DNA of 64,000 nucleotides, taken from Porphyridium purpureum. Taxonomy: Eukaryota. Under the pieces are notes generated by a model that saw only the letters and a list, made by a program, of their open reading frames with translations, had not been told where the DNA came from and searched no databases. The DNA lies in assembly GCA_008690995.1 (NCBI GenBank), contig VRMN01000001.1, positions 1,364,001-1,428,000 on the forward strand. The letters run 5' to 3'. Both the position numbers and the translations under genes were made by a program. The first letter of the stretch is position 1, and each line of letters opens with the position of its first letter. Of this stretch, positions 9,384 through 19,418 are shown piece after piece.

Positions 9384-10218
9384 CCGGATGCGCACTGTAC
9401 ACCCGTTGGTGTGTGTACCCTTAAACCGCGCGCATTTTTGTATGTGAGCGCGAAAGACAAAGTAACGCTTTCTACGGTGCGTGAGTGCGACGCCGTGGTT
9501 TAATTTTTCAAACTAAGCCACACGGGCGATGGACAAGCATGCGCGTGTCCGCGAAAACAGATGGAAAACAGAAGAAAAAATAAGGGAAAACCCCAAGAAG
9601 AACAAAAACCCCTGCTATGATCCGGGGAAGGGAAAAGCAAGAAAAAAGAGACACGGATCGATGAAAACCATGGTTGGTGAGAAGCTCCTGCCGCTCCTGC
9701 CGCTCCTGCCGCTCCAGTTGCTACAGTCGCAGTGCCGTTGGGTGTGGGTGTGGCTGTGGCTGTGGTGTTAGTACACGCGTGTCTGCGGCTAAAAGGGGGG
9801 AAGAGAATCACGCAGATGGCTCTATGCCCGCCGAGGGAATAGCAGCGTGTCCCCACCGATTTCTACCTCGTGCCAGCAGCTGGCTGTGCAGTGTGTGGAA
9901 GAACGAAGAACGCACACGCGATGCGCTTAGAGCAGGGGGGCGTTGGCCTACACCGTGCCTGCGGCTTCCCGCGTGTGCGATGGTTTACGCGCCCGTTCAG
10001 TCCGGTCTTGGTACACGAATTTGCGCGCGTGGACAGCACGCGTCCGGCATTGAAGAGGTCGCTCAGACGGTAAGTGGCATAAGAAGACGGACGGCGTGTC
10101 GGTGTTCGTCAGGTGCGGGGGACGCAGAGGAGAGTTGGGAACGGCAATAGTCAGGCTGGTGTGGCGGCACGTGCGCGGGAGTATCGAGGGTGGAGACAAA
10201 CGCATCCGATACCGAGCT

Positions 10219-10782
10219 ATGGCTTCGAGGACGAACGTGTGCGTGCTTTTGATGGTCGCTTTTCTCGGGCTCGGACTTCGAGGTCTTCAAGCGCAGACAT
10301 GTCGGCCGGTCATCTCGAGCGGCCTCGAGTGCACGCCAGATGGAACCGAGCTGCTGATATTGACGCCGGACGGCGGGCCGGTCTTGTGCGAGGCCACCAT
10401 GGTCACGTGCGAAGTTCCGGATGGCATGGGCGGTTGCACGACGATGGACTGCTTGGGATATATCGAACGCCCGACCTGGTTCCTAAGCGCCTTCAGCGAT
10501 TCTTGCGACGACGTGTGTCTCGGAGTGGGTGCGTGCAACGCAGAGGCGGACAGCTTGGTGAACTCGGAAGATCGAATCCAGGCCATTGCCGACCTTTTCT
10601 CGCTAACGTGCGCGGTCTTCGTGCCCACCCCAAGTGAATTTGCACCGGGCTTTCAAACCGACTTGAACCGATGTGGCTACCCGACGACTGAAAGTAATAC
10701 CTGCGGTGCGGGTGCTGGAACAGTTCAGCGATTCTGTTGCTGCGGCACGACCGCGGATTGCTCCCTGGCATTCGGAATGTAG
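10219..10782 (+). CDS. Small cysteine-rich secreted protein, unknown function
   Basis: Signal peptide MASRTNVCVLLMVAFLGLGLRGLQA, many Cys, C-terminal RFCCC..ADC; a nearby pseudogene conserves the same blocks. Confidence 0.8.
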   Translation: MASRTNVCVLLMVAFLGLGLRGLQAQTCRPVISSGLECTPDGTELLILTPDGGPVLCEATMVTCEVPDGMGGCTTMDCLGYIERPTWFLSAFSDSCDDVCLGVGACNAEADSLVNSEDRIQAIADLFSLTCAVFVPTPSEFAPGFQTDLNRCGYPTTESNTCGAGAGTVQRFCCCGTTADCSLAFGM

Positions 10783-11022
10783 AGGCTCCATAGCCTGCGC
10801 TTCTGTGGGGGTTCCTTCCTCATGGGCGAAAAAGTAAAACGAGTGATTTTTGGCATTTGTAAGAGTCGTGTGTTCGAGGTGGATAGACATTCGCGGGGCA
10901 GCCATTACACAGGACTGCGGTGCCAGTGCGAGCCGGGTGGTGCTCGTCAAGGCCCGCGACGGATCGGTGAACATTAGGTAAGCTTCCCAACGCGTTGCCT
11001 TAGTAACAATCTGCCCGACGGG

Positions 11023-12483
11023 ATGGCGGGTCTGATACGAACACAAAGGCAACCTAAAGTGTCTGAGAAGATGGAACGCATAGACTGCGGTCCTCTGCTG
11101 TACGTTATCGGGCTCGACAAGGGCGTGCGCGCGGTACCGCAGACAGACTGTGCAGGTGAGCGACTTTTGAGGAGAGCGACGTGCAATACACATGGGCAAG
11201 CTAATTTTGTACCTTATCGCTCGCGGCGACGCAAGTCTCGTGTCGTCCGCCTTGCGCTGTATTCGGGTGGGCCAGACTGTGACAGCGGTGATCCCATTGC
11301 GCTAACAAGACAGACGCTTGATTCCGGCCCTTCTAGCGGTGGGAACGCCACAGAGACAGAAAGAGACGCCATGCGGCGCGCTTTGGTGCTAGCGCGACTC
11401 GCTCAGGGGCGCACACGGCCGAACCCGATCGTTGGATGTGTTGTGCTGGAACGAGTTTCTGGAGAAGTACTTGGGGAGGGCTATCATCATCGTGCGGGCC
11501 AACCTCACGCAGAAGTGAACGCCTTGCGCGACTGTGTGCATCGTGGGAACGCGCACAGGATCGCTGGGGCAACAGCCGTGGTGACGCTCGAGCCGTGCAA
11601 TCATTTTGGCCGCACGCCTCCTTGCTCGCAGGCGCTGATCAATGCAAATATCGGTCGCGTCGTAATTGGCATGATTGATCCGGATCCACGGACGGCCGGG
11701 CGCGGTGCGCAAGCGCTTCGCGACGCTGGTATCCAGGTCGTCACGAATGTCGAGCAGGCGCTCTGTGAGGATGCCAATGAAGCCTTTTCGCATCGCATTC
11801 GCACAGGGCTTCCATTTGGCGTTCTCAAGTACGCCATGACGCTGGACGGACGAACCGCGTGCGATTCTGGCAGTTCCAAGTGGATTTCGGGAGTGCAAGC
11901 GCGAGGCACAGTGCAGCAAATAAGAGCTGGTTCCGACGCCATTATTGTCGGTGGAAATACCGTGCGTACGGATGATCCTAGCCTGACCCTTCGCGACGAA
12001 AAAGGCTGCGATGTTTTGCGCGACAAGGCCGAGCTGCCGCTGCGTGTAGTTTTGAGTGCGAAACTTGAGCTTCCACTGGACTCCAAAGTTTTTGACACAA
12101 GCGTAGCTGCCACGGCCGTTTTTTGTCTCGCTGCACGCGCAGAATCGGGCCGCGTGGAGCAGCTTCGCCGAAAGGGCGTGGTTGTGCACACGTTGGAAAA
12201 TGATCACACCATATTGCCGCTGGATGTCATGAAAGTACTGTCCGAGAAGCACGACTGCATGCAAGTTTTGTGGGAGTGCGGGGGCAGCTTGGCGGCTGCG
12301 GCGGTGCGAAGCCATTGCGTGCAAAAGGTTCACGCCTTTGTTGCACCAAAGATCGTGGGAGGCACTCTTTATTCCCCGCTTGCTGGCATTGGGACGGAAC
12401 GAATGGACGATGCGCTCAATTTGCGGCGGGTATCCACGTCAGTTCTGGACAACGGCGACGTCATGATCTCCGGTTATTTATGA
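11023..12483 (+). CDS. ribD: Riboflavin biosynthesis bifunctional deaminase/reductase (start uncertain)
   Basis: PNPIVGCV, HAEVNAL, TLEPCNHFGRTPPC, KYAMTLDG, DAIIVGGNTVRTDDPSL, WECGG, FVAPKIVGG. Confidence 0.95.
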   Translation: MAGLIRTQRQPKVSEKMERIDCGPLLYVIGLDKGVRAVPQTDCAGERLLRRATCNTHGQANFVPYRSRRRKSRVVRLALYSGGPDCDSGDPIALTRQTLDSGPSSGGNATETERDAMRRALVLARLAQGRTRPNPIVGCVVLERVSGEVLGEGYHHRAGQPHAEVNALRDCVHRGNAHRIAGATAVVTLEPCNHFGRTPPCSQALINANIGRVVIGMIDPDPRTAGRGAQALRDAGIQVVTNVEQALCEDANEAFSHRIRTGLPFGVLKYAMTLDGRTACDSGSSKWISGVQARGTVQQIRAGSDAIIVGGNTVRTDDPSLTLRDEKGCDVLRDKAELPLRVVLSAKLELPLDSKVFDTSVAATAVFCLAARAESGRVEQLRRKGVVVHTLENDHTILPLDVMKVLSEKHDCMQVLWECGGSLAAAAVRSHCVQKVHAFVAPKIVGGTLYSPLAGIGTERMDDALNLRRVSTSVLDNGDVMISGYL

Positions 12484-12559
12484 ATGCGCGTGGGTGTCTA
12501 GCTAGCCAGTGAAGCTGGTGAAAAGGTTTCGTTACATGCGTCATCAAAGTCATCCGCAA

Positions 12560-15178
12560 CTAAAAGAGTTTTGACACAAAGTCAAGTGGCACAACCGGCA
12601 AGAGGAAAAAGGCAGCAGCAGAGAACATGAGTCCGCCGAGAACGTAACGAGTTGTGCTTGGCGGCGTAATTTCATCCTGTGTTGGGAACGAACACGCAGT
12701 AAGTCCTGTCAGAACGATGAGCACGATCCAGACGAATAAGACTTCAGAAACATTCAGCAAGATGCACGCGATCGCAGCGATAAACGAAATTACAGTCACT
12801 GTAGAAATGTTCTCTCGTCCGAACAGAGAAAGCGAAATCAAGCCGCCCTCTATAGATCCAATCGGGATCATATTCAGCGCATTCACCAGGAGGGTCGTGT
12901 ATCCAGCCACAACAAACGGATGCATGTGTATCGCTTCGACTGAGAAGTCCATGGCAGGAAGTATCGCATGAGCAAGCGTATGCGACAGCCACGAGCCTTG
13001 GAAAATGGCACTTGAGACAAGCGGGAATGTATCCACAGAGTCTGATGCGTTGCCTGTCATAATCAGTCCAGACAAGAAGAGTCCAAATCCAACGAGACCA
13101 GAAGTCAGCTGGCTCGCGGCGACAAAGTCGAATACATCCGCGCGTGCTCGTGGAAAACACTTTTCAAAGTACATCGTTCTCCCGAACAAGCCAATCTGAA
13201 GGCTAGGCAGGAAGAGCGAATATCCGAACTGGATATTGCGAGTCGATGCAAGGGCACGTGCGGCCAAATCACCAGCAAAGACGCTACCGAGCAGCGGTGC
13301 CCACACCGGTGCCGTGGTGACGGACAGGTCCTTCAGCGCTGCGAGTGAATCGACCATGGACAAATCAAAACCGTAAACTGAGGACGCGTAAATCCACGTG
13401 GTCAGCAAAGAGAGAAGCGAAGAACTAACCCTGATCGCCGCACTCAAGCCATCTTGCTTTGGTACGTCGTCCTTGGGGATCACAATCACACATACTTCCA
13501 TCTTTGACGGCTCTGCTTCGTCAACGCCGCCAGAGCCACCTTCCGATCCCGCTGGCTCAGCGACTGGAGCTGCATTTGGGCTCGGCATCAAAAAGACGCG
13601 CGCAGTATTTTGAAGTCCAGAGCGAGCAAGGCATGTTTCAAGGTCCAACAAGAAAAATGACGGAGACACCCTGCCATCCAAAAGACCCACGAAAGTCAGC
13701 CTATCAATGCGAAATGAAATTTCGAGAGTCTTTGGCGTGAAAGATGGATGTGTGAGAAAGACAGACTCGAGCATCTTGATGCACGAGTCGTCATCAAACT
13801 TGGGTAGCGCATCGCCAAACTCCGAATTTCCCAACGTTGTGCTCCAGCGGTCGCGAAGAGTAGACAAAGCGCCCTGGCCTGTGCCATCCTGCGCACGCTT
13901 CCTATTTGCCATGCTCGAAGCTACAGAGGCCGAGTCGCCGCTTTCCACGGGCGGAGCGTAACCCCGCGTAGCAATTATGGATGCCCAAGCATCCCGAATC
14001 GACTCGGCATCTGTCACTTTCACGCTCACTTCACTGCCTTCCCGAACAAAGGAAACCAGAAGATTTTCCTCAGCGCTTTCCTGTTCAGCCGCAGAAGCGA
14101 CTTTGGTCAACTGATGCTCCCGCCTGCCAGAAAAATAGGTCGGCACCTCCATGGGAGTCTTGTTCACCAGCTGCTGAATCTTAGTATCATCTCGCAATGT
14201 CCAGTCCATACCACGCCGTAATTCCGCCAAATCCAATTTTTCTTCGTTTGTCAGTGACTCCCAGTATTCGCGCACCAGCATCTTTTGACTTTCGTCCAGC
14301 ATCTTCAGGAACTCATCCGCAAAGGCACTGTCATCTATGTGGATGCTGCCTTTGGTGAGAAAATCTGATACCTTGGTCTCCTGTTCTTCAGACAACGATG
14401 TAAAGAACTCAGCCAGGTAACGATTCTGCGATAATGCTGAAGATACATCAAGACACCATTGCGACAGAATGGCGGCCACTTTCATTTCGCAGTCTAGTTT
14501 TTGCTCGTCTGTCAACAGTTCGTAAAAAAAGGCCGTTGATGCCGACGAGTTCCACATCTCATTGGATGGCCAGTTCTGCAGAGCGCGCGCCTTCTGTTCT
14601 TTCGATAGATTTACGCCCAACCTCTCTTCATACAGGCGAATGATTGACTCCGTATCATCCATACTGTCTGGCTTCCCTGTGGTGAGATCGATACCGAGGC
14701 GTCCAGCGGAACCTGTCCATTCTGCCGCGCTGCGTGCAAGGTCCTCCGACGCAGACGCCGCCCTCAGAATCGATTCCACTTCTTTCACCTCGCCTTTCAC
14801 GTCGCGAGCGGTGGAAGAACTTTTCGACACTTCAGCTTCGCGCCTAAGCTTTTCGGTTTTCAGCTTCTCCAGCTCGATCTTGCGCTTCAGCGCCTCTGTT
14901 TCACTTCGCAGGGCGTCGAGACTTGCCTGTTCACTCAGGGCGCGCAAGCGCTCAGCCTCCTTCAAAAGCCTTTCCCTTGCTTCATTCCTTCCACGCTCAG
15001 CGCGTGTTTCGGAGGCCGAGTCATCGCTCATGTGCAAACTCGCGGCCCTATTCGGCGGACGCGAGGAGACGGCGATTCGCGCCCGCATTCGCGTGTGCCA
15101 TCGTGCTTGTGTCACCACACGCAAAGGCGCCGCTCCCACGGGCACAGAGGTGAATGCGATGCAGTGACCCGTCTCCAT
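12560..15178 (-). CDS. EGY-like (S2P/M50 family) plastid membrane protein, probably catalytically inactive
   Basis: Transit-peptide-like N-terminus, coiled coil, multi-TM C-terminus with FLPSLQIGLFG, VFDFVAAS, HPFVVAGY..LLVNALNMIPIGSIEGG; no HExxH. Confidence 0.75.
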   Translation of the reverse strand: METGHCIAFTSVPVGAAPLRVVTQARWHTRMRARIAVSSRPPNRAASLHMSDDSASETRAERGRNEARERLLKEAERLRALSEQASLDALRSETEALKRKIELEKLKTEKLRREAEVSKSSSTARDVKGEVKEVESILRAASASEDLARSAAEWTGSAGRLGIDLTTGKPDSMDDTESIIRLYEERLGVNLSKEQKARALQNWPSNEMWNSSASTAFFYELLTDEQKLDCEMKVAAILSQWCLDVSSALSQNRYLAEFFTSLSEEQETKVSDFLTKGSIHIDDSAFADEFLKMLDESQKMLVREYWESLTNEEKLDLAELRRGMDWTLRDDTKIQQLVNKTPMEVPTYFSGRREHQLTKVASAAEQESAEENLLVSFVREGSEVSVKVTDAESIRDAWASIIATRGYAPPVESGDSASVASSMANRKRAQDGTGQGALSTLRDRWSTTLGNSEFGDALPKFDDDSCIKMLESVFLTHPSFTPKTLEISFRIDRLTFVGLLDGRVSPSFFLLDLETCLARSGLQNTARVFLMPSPNAAPVAEPAGSEGGSGGVDEAEPSKMEVCVIVIPKDDVPKQDGLSAAIRVSSSLLSLLTTWIYASSVYGFDLSMVDSLAALKDLSVTTAPVWAPLLGSVFAGDLAARALASTRNIQFGYSLFLPSLQIGLFGRTMYFEKCFPRARADVFDFVAASQLTSGLVGFGLFLSGLIMTGNASDSVDTFPLVSSAIFQGSWLSHTLAHAILPAMDFSVEAIHMHPFVVAGYTTLLVNALNMIPIGSIEGGLISLSLFGRENISTVTVISFIAAIACILLNVSEVLFVWIVLIVLTGLTACSFPTQDEITPPSTTRYVLGGLMFSAAAFFLLPVVPLDFVSKLF

Positions 15179-15369
15179 TTGTCTTTTCCACAGAGGATGC
15201 TGCTCTAGATTCGGTCAAGGCTCATCCAGCTCTCGCAGGCCGCATGGACTGGGTGGATCAGTGACCTGCGAAGCCCAAAAATATACTTAGTACCCAAGAA
15301 GAAGAAAAAGTAAAAATAAAAATAAAAAATAATAGCGAGAACAGGTTCGAGGCGTGGTTTCGGACGTTC

Positions 15370-16281
15370 CTAGAAGTCAAGCTCCATTTCACCTAGTGCG
15401 AAATCAAATTCAACGTCCTCCATGCCGATCAACTGATTCGATCCCGGCGTGGCGTCGCCCGCAGCCGAGGAGGCGGGCGCTTTCTTCTGCTCCTGCCCGT
15501 CTTCGCCAGCTCCTGGGGCCGCAGAGTCCGTGGGCTGTGCAGCCTTGTCTTCAGCACCTTCCTGCTCGGTTGTCTGCTCGTCCTTGGCGTTCCGAGATGC
15601 CGGCGCGGTGCTGTCCTTTCCTGAAACCTCCTTTCCCGTCGATCCATCGCCGCGCCCTGCTATACCTTCTGGCCCGGGTGATTCGGCTGCCACAGTATGC
15701 ATCGCGCTATCGAGTCGCGCTGAATCTGTTCCATCTTGCACGTTCCCGTTTCGCAGTGCACCAAGCGAAGTACTCGCTGGCTTGTTGGCTGCTGTGATCG
15801 CTTGTTCTGCCTGGGCACGGCGTTCAAGCTGTGCGTCGCGAAGCCTATCAGTCGTGTACGTGGCCTTCGTCAACGCTGGCAGCGGCGCAAGCGTGGCGCG
15901 CTCTTCTAGAGGCGGGAGGTACGCCTCGTGCTTTGCACAGATGGCACTGATCATCTCGTGCGCACGGAACACCTTCTGGAGCGCGAGATCACCCATGAGC
16001 AATGTGCGCGTATTTGTGTTCGCAACAGGCAAATTTGGCTGAATCCTCATGACGTGCTGCGCGAGCTGCGCTTGAATGGCCGCCAGCGTGGCCAAAAAGT
16101 CCTGCGCAAACCCATTGAATTTCGTCTGCGTGTCTCCGACCGGGTCCATCTTGGCCAGGACGTCCACTGCGCTGGCCGCGGAGCCAAGCAACCCAAGCAC
16201 GTCCTGCTCTATCACGTCTAGCGCAACAATCTTCTCGCGCAGCCGCTGTCGCGCCTCCTTCATTGCGCGACTCTCCTCCAT
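15370..16281 (-). CDS. MED11: Mediator subunit 11-like protein with a low-complexity tail
   Basis: Two N-terminal helices, LDVIEQDVLGLLGSAASAVDVL and FAQDFLATLAAIQAQLAQHV, resemble Med11. Confidence 0.65.
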   Translation of the reverse strand: MEESRAMKEARQRLREKIVALDVIEQDVLGLLGSAASAVDVLAKMDPVGDTQTKFNGFAQDFLATLAAIQAQLAQHVMRIQPNLPVANTNTRTLLMGDLALQKVFRAHEMISAICAKHEAYLPPLEERATLAPLPALTKATYTTDRLRDAQLERRAQAEQAITAANKPASTSLGALRNGNVQDGTDSARLDSAMHTVAAESPGPEGIAGRGDGSTGKEVSGKDSTAPASRNAKDEQTTEQEGAEDKAAQPTDSAAPGAGEDGQEQKKAPASSAAGDATPGSNQLIGMEDVEFDFALGEMELDF

Positions 16282-16834
16282 TGTTCCTCCATCCAAAGCT
16301 CACACTCACACAACTGCCGCGCGCTCTCCTGCTCGCTCAACCCAACACGCCCCCAACCTTTGGTCCTCCGCCTTTCATCCAACTGTACTCCCGTCTTGCA
16401 AGTCATGCCAAATCATCAAATGGATGTTTTTACCTATGAAAATAGCCGGAGTCTGTACGTGCGACACTCACTGAGGCGACAGTCGCTGCGAGTTGCTGCG
16501 TAGGCACGAGGCGGAAGACACACACAGAAAGCGGGAGCGAGCGACTGTAGGTGCATGCGTATGTGTGTCTGTGCAAGCCGCCGTCTTCGCATGTGTGTAG
16601 GTGGGCAGTTGCGACAACCCGTGTGGGAAATCAGCACGATTCTGGCGCACGTCGCTTAGATACTCGGCCCCTGCTGCTTCGCGATTTAGCGTTGCACGAG
16701 GGAACTGACGCACACAGCGCCCGCGCTGGTGTTCTGTCGTTCGCGTGCTCCGCCAAGGGCGTGCGAAAGGCTGGCCGGGCGTCTGGGCTCGCGCTTCGCG
16801 CAGTGAAGAAGAGCCGGGCACGGGGGGAAGAGCC

Positions 16835-17866
16835 ATGGGGACAAGGCCCCCAGTCATGGCAAGGCAGGTCCTAACAAGTCCTCGCGTGGATGTGATGGAT
16901 CCGGTTCCCTCACGCGTGGCCAGCGCCATCCCGCTCCAGCCGTCCGATGTACTGTCAGTATCCGACGACGAATTTGAGCCCGCAGGCGCATTACATGACG
17001 ACGCTGAGGATGAAGTAGAGGATGAAGAGAAGAGAAAACGTCAACTGCCGCGAGGAAACAGCGCCATTTTCTTCCGCCCACTCACGGAAAAGAGCCTTGA
17101 AAATGAACAAGTGAATGAAAATGGGCTGGATGCGGTAGTTGTCGCAACAGGCTTGCAACAGACGCGCAGCCCTCGGTCAGACCCGCAGAGCCCAGTCGAG
17201 GTGCAAAGAAGGACAAGCTTACTCAATTTGAGGGAGAGTCTTCGGGCAAACAAGGCGGCGCTGCCGCCGCCACCACCCTCAGGGGCCGTGTATTCCAGCC
17301 ACCAAGATCATGGCGCTCCTCTAGAGGCGCAGGAAGTGCACAGATCAGATTCAAAGGACGCCCGCGAAGGTGGAGGGTCATCGGCCCCGCTAGAAAGAAA
17401 AAGTATGCGTGATATAGCGTTCCGACCGTTTGGATCCTCACGCAAGCCCTCTGGTATGCAGCAACAGAACAGTGCGGGAAGTAAGAACAACCTGAAGACA
17501 TATCCAAGTGCTGGTGGCGAAAGCATGGGCTCCAGCGCTTCTCGTGGCGGTTCGCTGAAACTTCTGGCGAGCGAAGTGTCCACGGAGAAGAGCCCGATGC
17601 GGAGCTCAAGAAATTGGAGTGCTGGTAAGAACAGTCAAAGCGTGAGTCGCCAAATATCCGATAATTCAAGAACTACGCCGCTCGGAAGTCGCCAGCCTTC
17701 TGGCGGGTCTTCAAAAAATCTGCAGGGATTTGTGAGGCGGGAGAACTCTCATATAGACGAGGCAAATGGCGCGGGACCGGCCGATTCATACGACGGCTAT
17801 CTCCAGAACTCAAAGACCAAGAAATCTATGGCTGGCTGGATGAAAAAGCTAACGAACAAGAACTGA
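16835..17866 (+). CDS. Hypothetical Ser/Gly-rich disordered protein
   Basis: 343-codon ORF with protein-like composition; no recognised domain. Confidence 0.65.
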   Translation: MGTRPPVMARQVLTSPRVDVMDPVPSRVASAIPLQPSDVLSVSDDEFEPAGALHDDAEDEVEDEEKRKRQLPRGNSAIFFRPLTEKSLENEQVNENGLDAVVVATGLQQTRSPRSDPQSPVEVQRRTSLLNLRESLRANKAALPPPPPSGAVYSSHQDHGAPLEAQEVHRSDSKDAREGGGSSAPLERKSMRDIAFRPFGSSRKPSGMQQQNSAGSKNNLKTYPSAGGESMGSSASRGGSLKLLASEVSTEKSPMRSSRNWSAGKNSQSVSRQISDNSRTTPLGSRQPSGGSSKNLQGFVRRENSHIDEANGAGPADSYDGYLQNSKTKKSMAGWMKKLTNKN

Positions 17867-18074
17867 TTCTTTATCCACCGCAGTGCATGAATGTGCGACG
17901 AAGGAATCCTGTGGCTCGCGTGTGCGAATGGTGTTATTCGCATGTCTCCGAGTTGTATTGTCAACAAAAGCCGCATTCACGCAGCGGAAAGCCAGACCGT
18001 ATCGTGTGGCAAAATGTTGTTCTTCGTCTATTTAAACAAAGGAACCTTCAGATACTTTCTGAAAAACGCACGGG

Positions 18075-19418
18075 TCATATTTTGGGTTTCTTAAGGGAGC
18101 TGATCATCTTCGGGAGCTTGAAGCCTGCGGTGGAGCTCGACCTTGCTTCTGACGACTTCAGGGCAGTCAATGAGTCAGCAGAGAGCCCCTTCAATCGTGC
18201 TGTTTCGAGAGCAACGTCCTCCATTGGCATCACTGCCTTGTTTGCGAGCATGAGGCGCACTGTCTCAACACAGCCCAAACTACTGTTCACCCAAACTTCG
18301 TGCACACACCCCACTCGATTCGACACCATGACCACATGTGCGAAATGGTGAATCGTATTCAGCTTCTCGTTCGTCGATGATGGCGCAGGTTGCACCCGTG
18401 GTACGACAGCGCAATTCAGCATGACGGTCATGGCGCCGCTGTCTTCTGAGATTTCCAAGTGATCCTGTCCGCTTGGCGTGACGGCCAGTGATTCAGCGTA
18501 CAAATCAGCCTTGTCTTTGCCAATGGTATGAATATCTCGCTCTGCCCCAATCATAGTTCTTCTTGCGGTGCTACTTTGCAGACGATCGTGCATGTGACCA
18601 AACACGCAAAGAGGCACACGGATATCCTTGGCTCGCGCGTGCTGTATTGCCATTCGCAAGTCAGCGTCGCCCCAGTCGCCGCCCGTTTGATCTCCAAAAT
18701 CTCTTCCGCACATTGCGCTAGGCTCGGTCCCCAGACCAGTCGGGCCCGCGTGCGCCAGAAGGACCACTGCACCACGCGTGCCTGCTTGGTCGATGGCCTT
18801 TTGGATGCGACTTGTAGACTGCTGCAGCGACATGACGCCAGCGTAGCGCCGGAAAAAGTACTGGTGCCTCCATTCCGGGCCTCCCCATGACCACGGACGT
18901 CCTCCAACAACGTGTAGCGGTATCGGCGCGTCGCGCACTTCGAGTGCAGCGTACGATGCATTCACCTTGTCAGCAATTTTGATCATCTTTTCGACGTTGG
19001 CTCCTACATTCCGATTCTTAGATGGCGTGGCCATCGGCCCGTACTTGCTAGCAGTGAAGAAAGCGTCATGATTGCCGAACACGAGCGCTACCTGCGGCGC
19101 GTCCTCTATTTCCTCCGGCAGCGACAGAATCTTTTCTACCACGGGCACGTTCTCGTTGCCAAAGTCGCCGACAAACAGCAGCACATCGGGCGCCAGCACC
19201 TTAACGCACACGTGATCCTTAGATGTCCAGTCATCGTGCACGTCACCAACACACACAATGCGCATTACCTGCCCCGAGTCCATCACAGACGCTGCCATTG
19301 TCAGTGCCGTCCGGCTGTTTCCGCGTACTGCAACTACCGCCGTCCCCTTCGGTGAAGCTGTGGCCAAACTCCTGCCAGCTCTCCGCCAATATCCCGGTGG
19401 AAAAGCGAACGCCAGCAT
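18075..19418 (-). CDS. Calcineurin-like metallophosphoesterase (TIGR04168-like)
   Basis: GDVHD, VGDFGNE, GNHD, LAHAGPTGLG, GGDWGDADL, FGHMH; transit-peptide-like N-terminus. Confidence 0.9.
   Translation of the reverse strand: MLAFAFPPGYWRRAGRSLATASPKGTAVVAVRGNSRTALTMAASVMDSGQVMRIVCVGDVHDDWTSKDHVCVKVLAPDVLLFVGDFGNENVPVVEKILSLPEEIEDAPQVALVFGNHDAFFTASKYGPMATPSKNRNVGANVEKMIKIADKVNASYAALEVRDAPIPLHVVGGRPWSWGGPEWRHQYFFRRYAGVMSLQQSTSRIQKAIDQAGTRGAVVLLAHAGPTGLGTEPSAMCGRDFGDQTGGDWGDADLRMAIQHARAKDIRVPLCVFGHMHDRLQSSTARRTMIGAERDIHTIGKDKADLYAESLAVTPSGQDHLEISEDSGAMTVMLNCAVVPRVQPAPSSTNEKLNTIHHFAHVVMVSNRVGCVHEVWVNSSLGCVETVRLMLANKAVMPMEDVALETARLKGLSADSLTALKSSEARSSSTAGFKLPKMISSLKKPKI

Noticed and set aside
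9660..9770. Short tandem repeats (GCTCCTGCC)x3 and (GCTGTG)n with overlapping ORFs
   Set aside because: Low-complexity sequence with no spacers or coding evidence; not a CRISPR array.
11389..12333. Long antisense ORFs over real genes (also 5633-6610, 36771-37547, 46912-47685)
   Set aside because: Shadow ORFs caused by high-GC codon usage.
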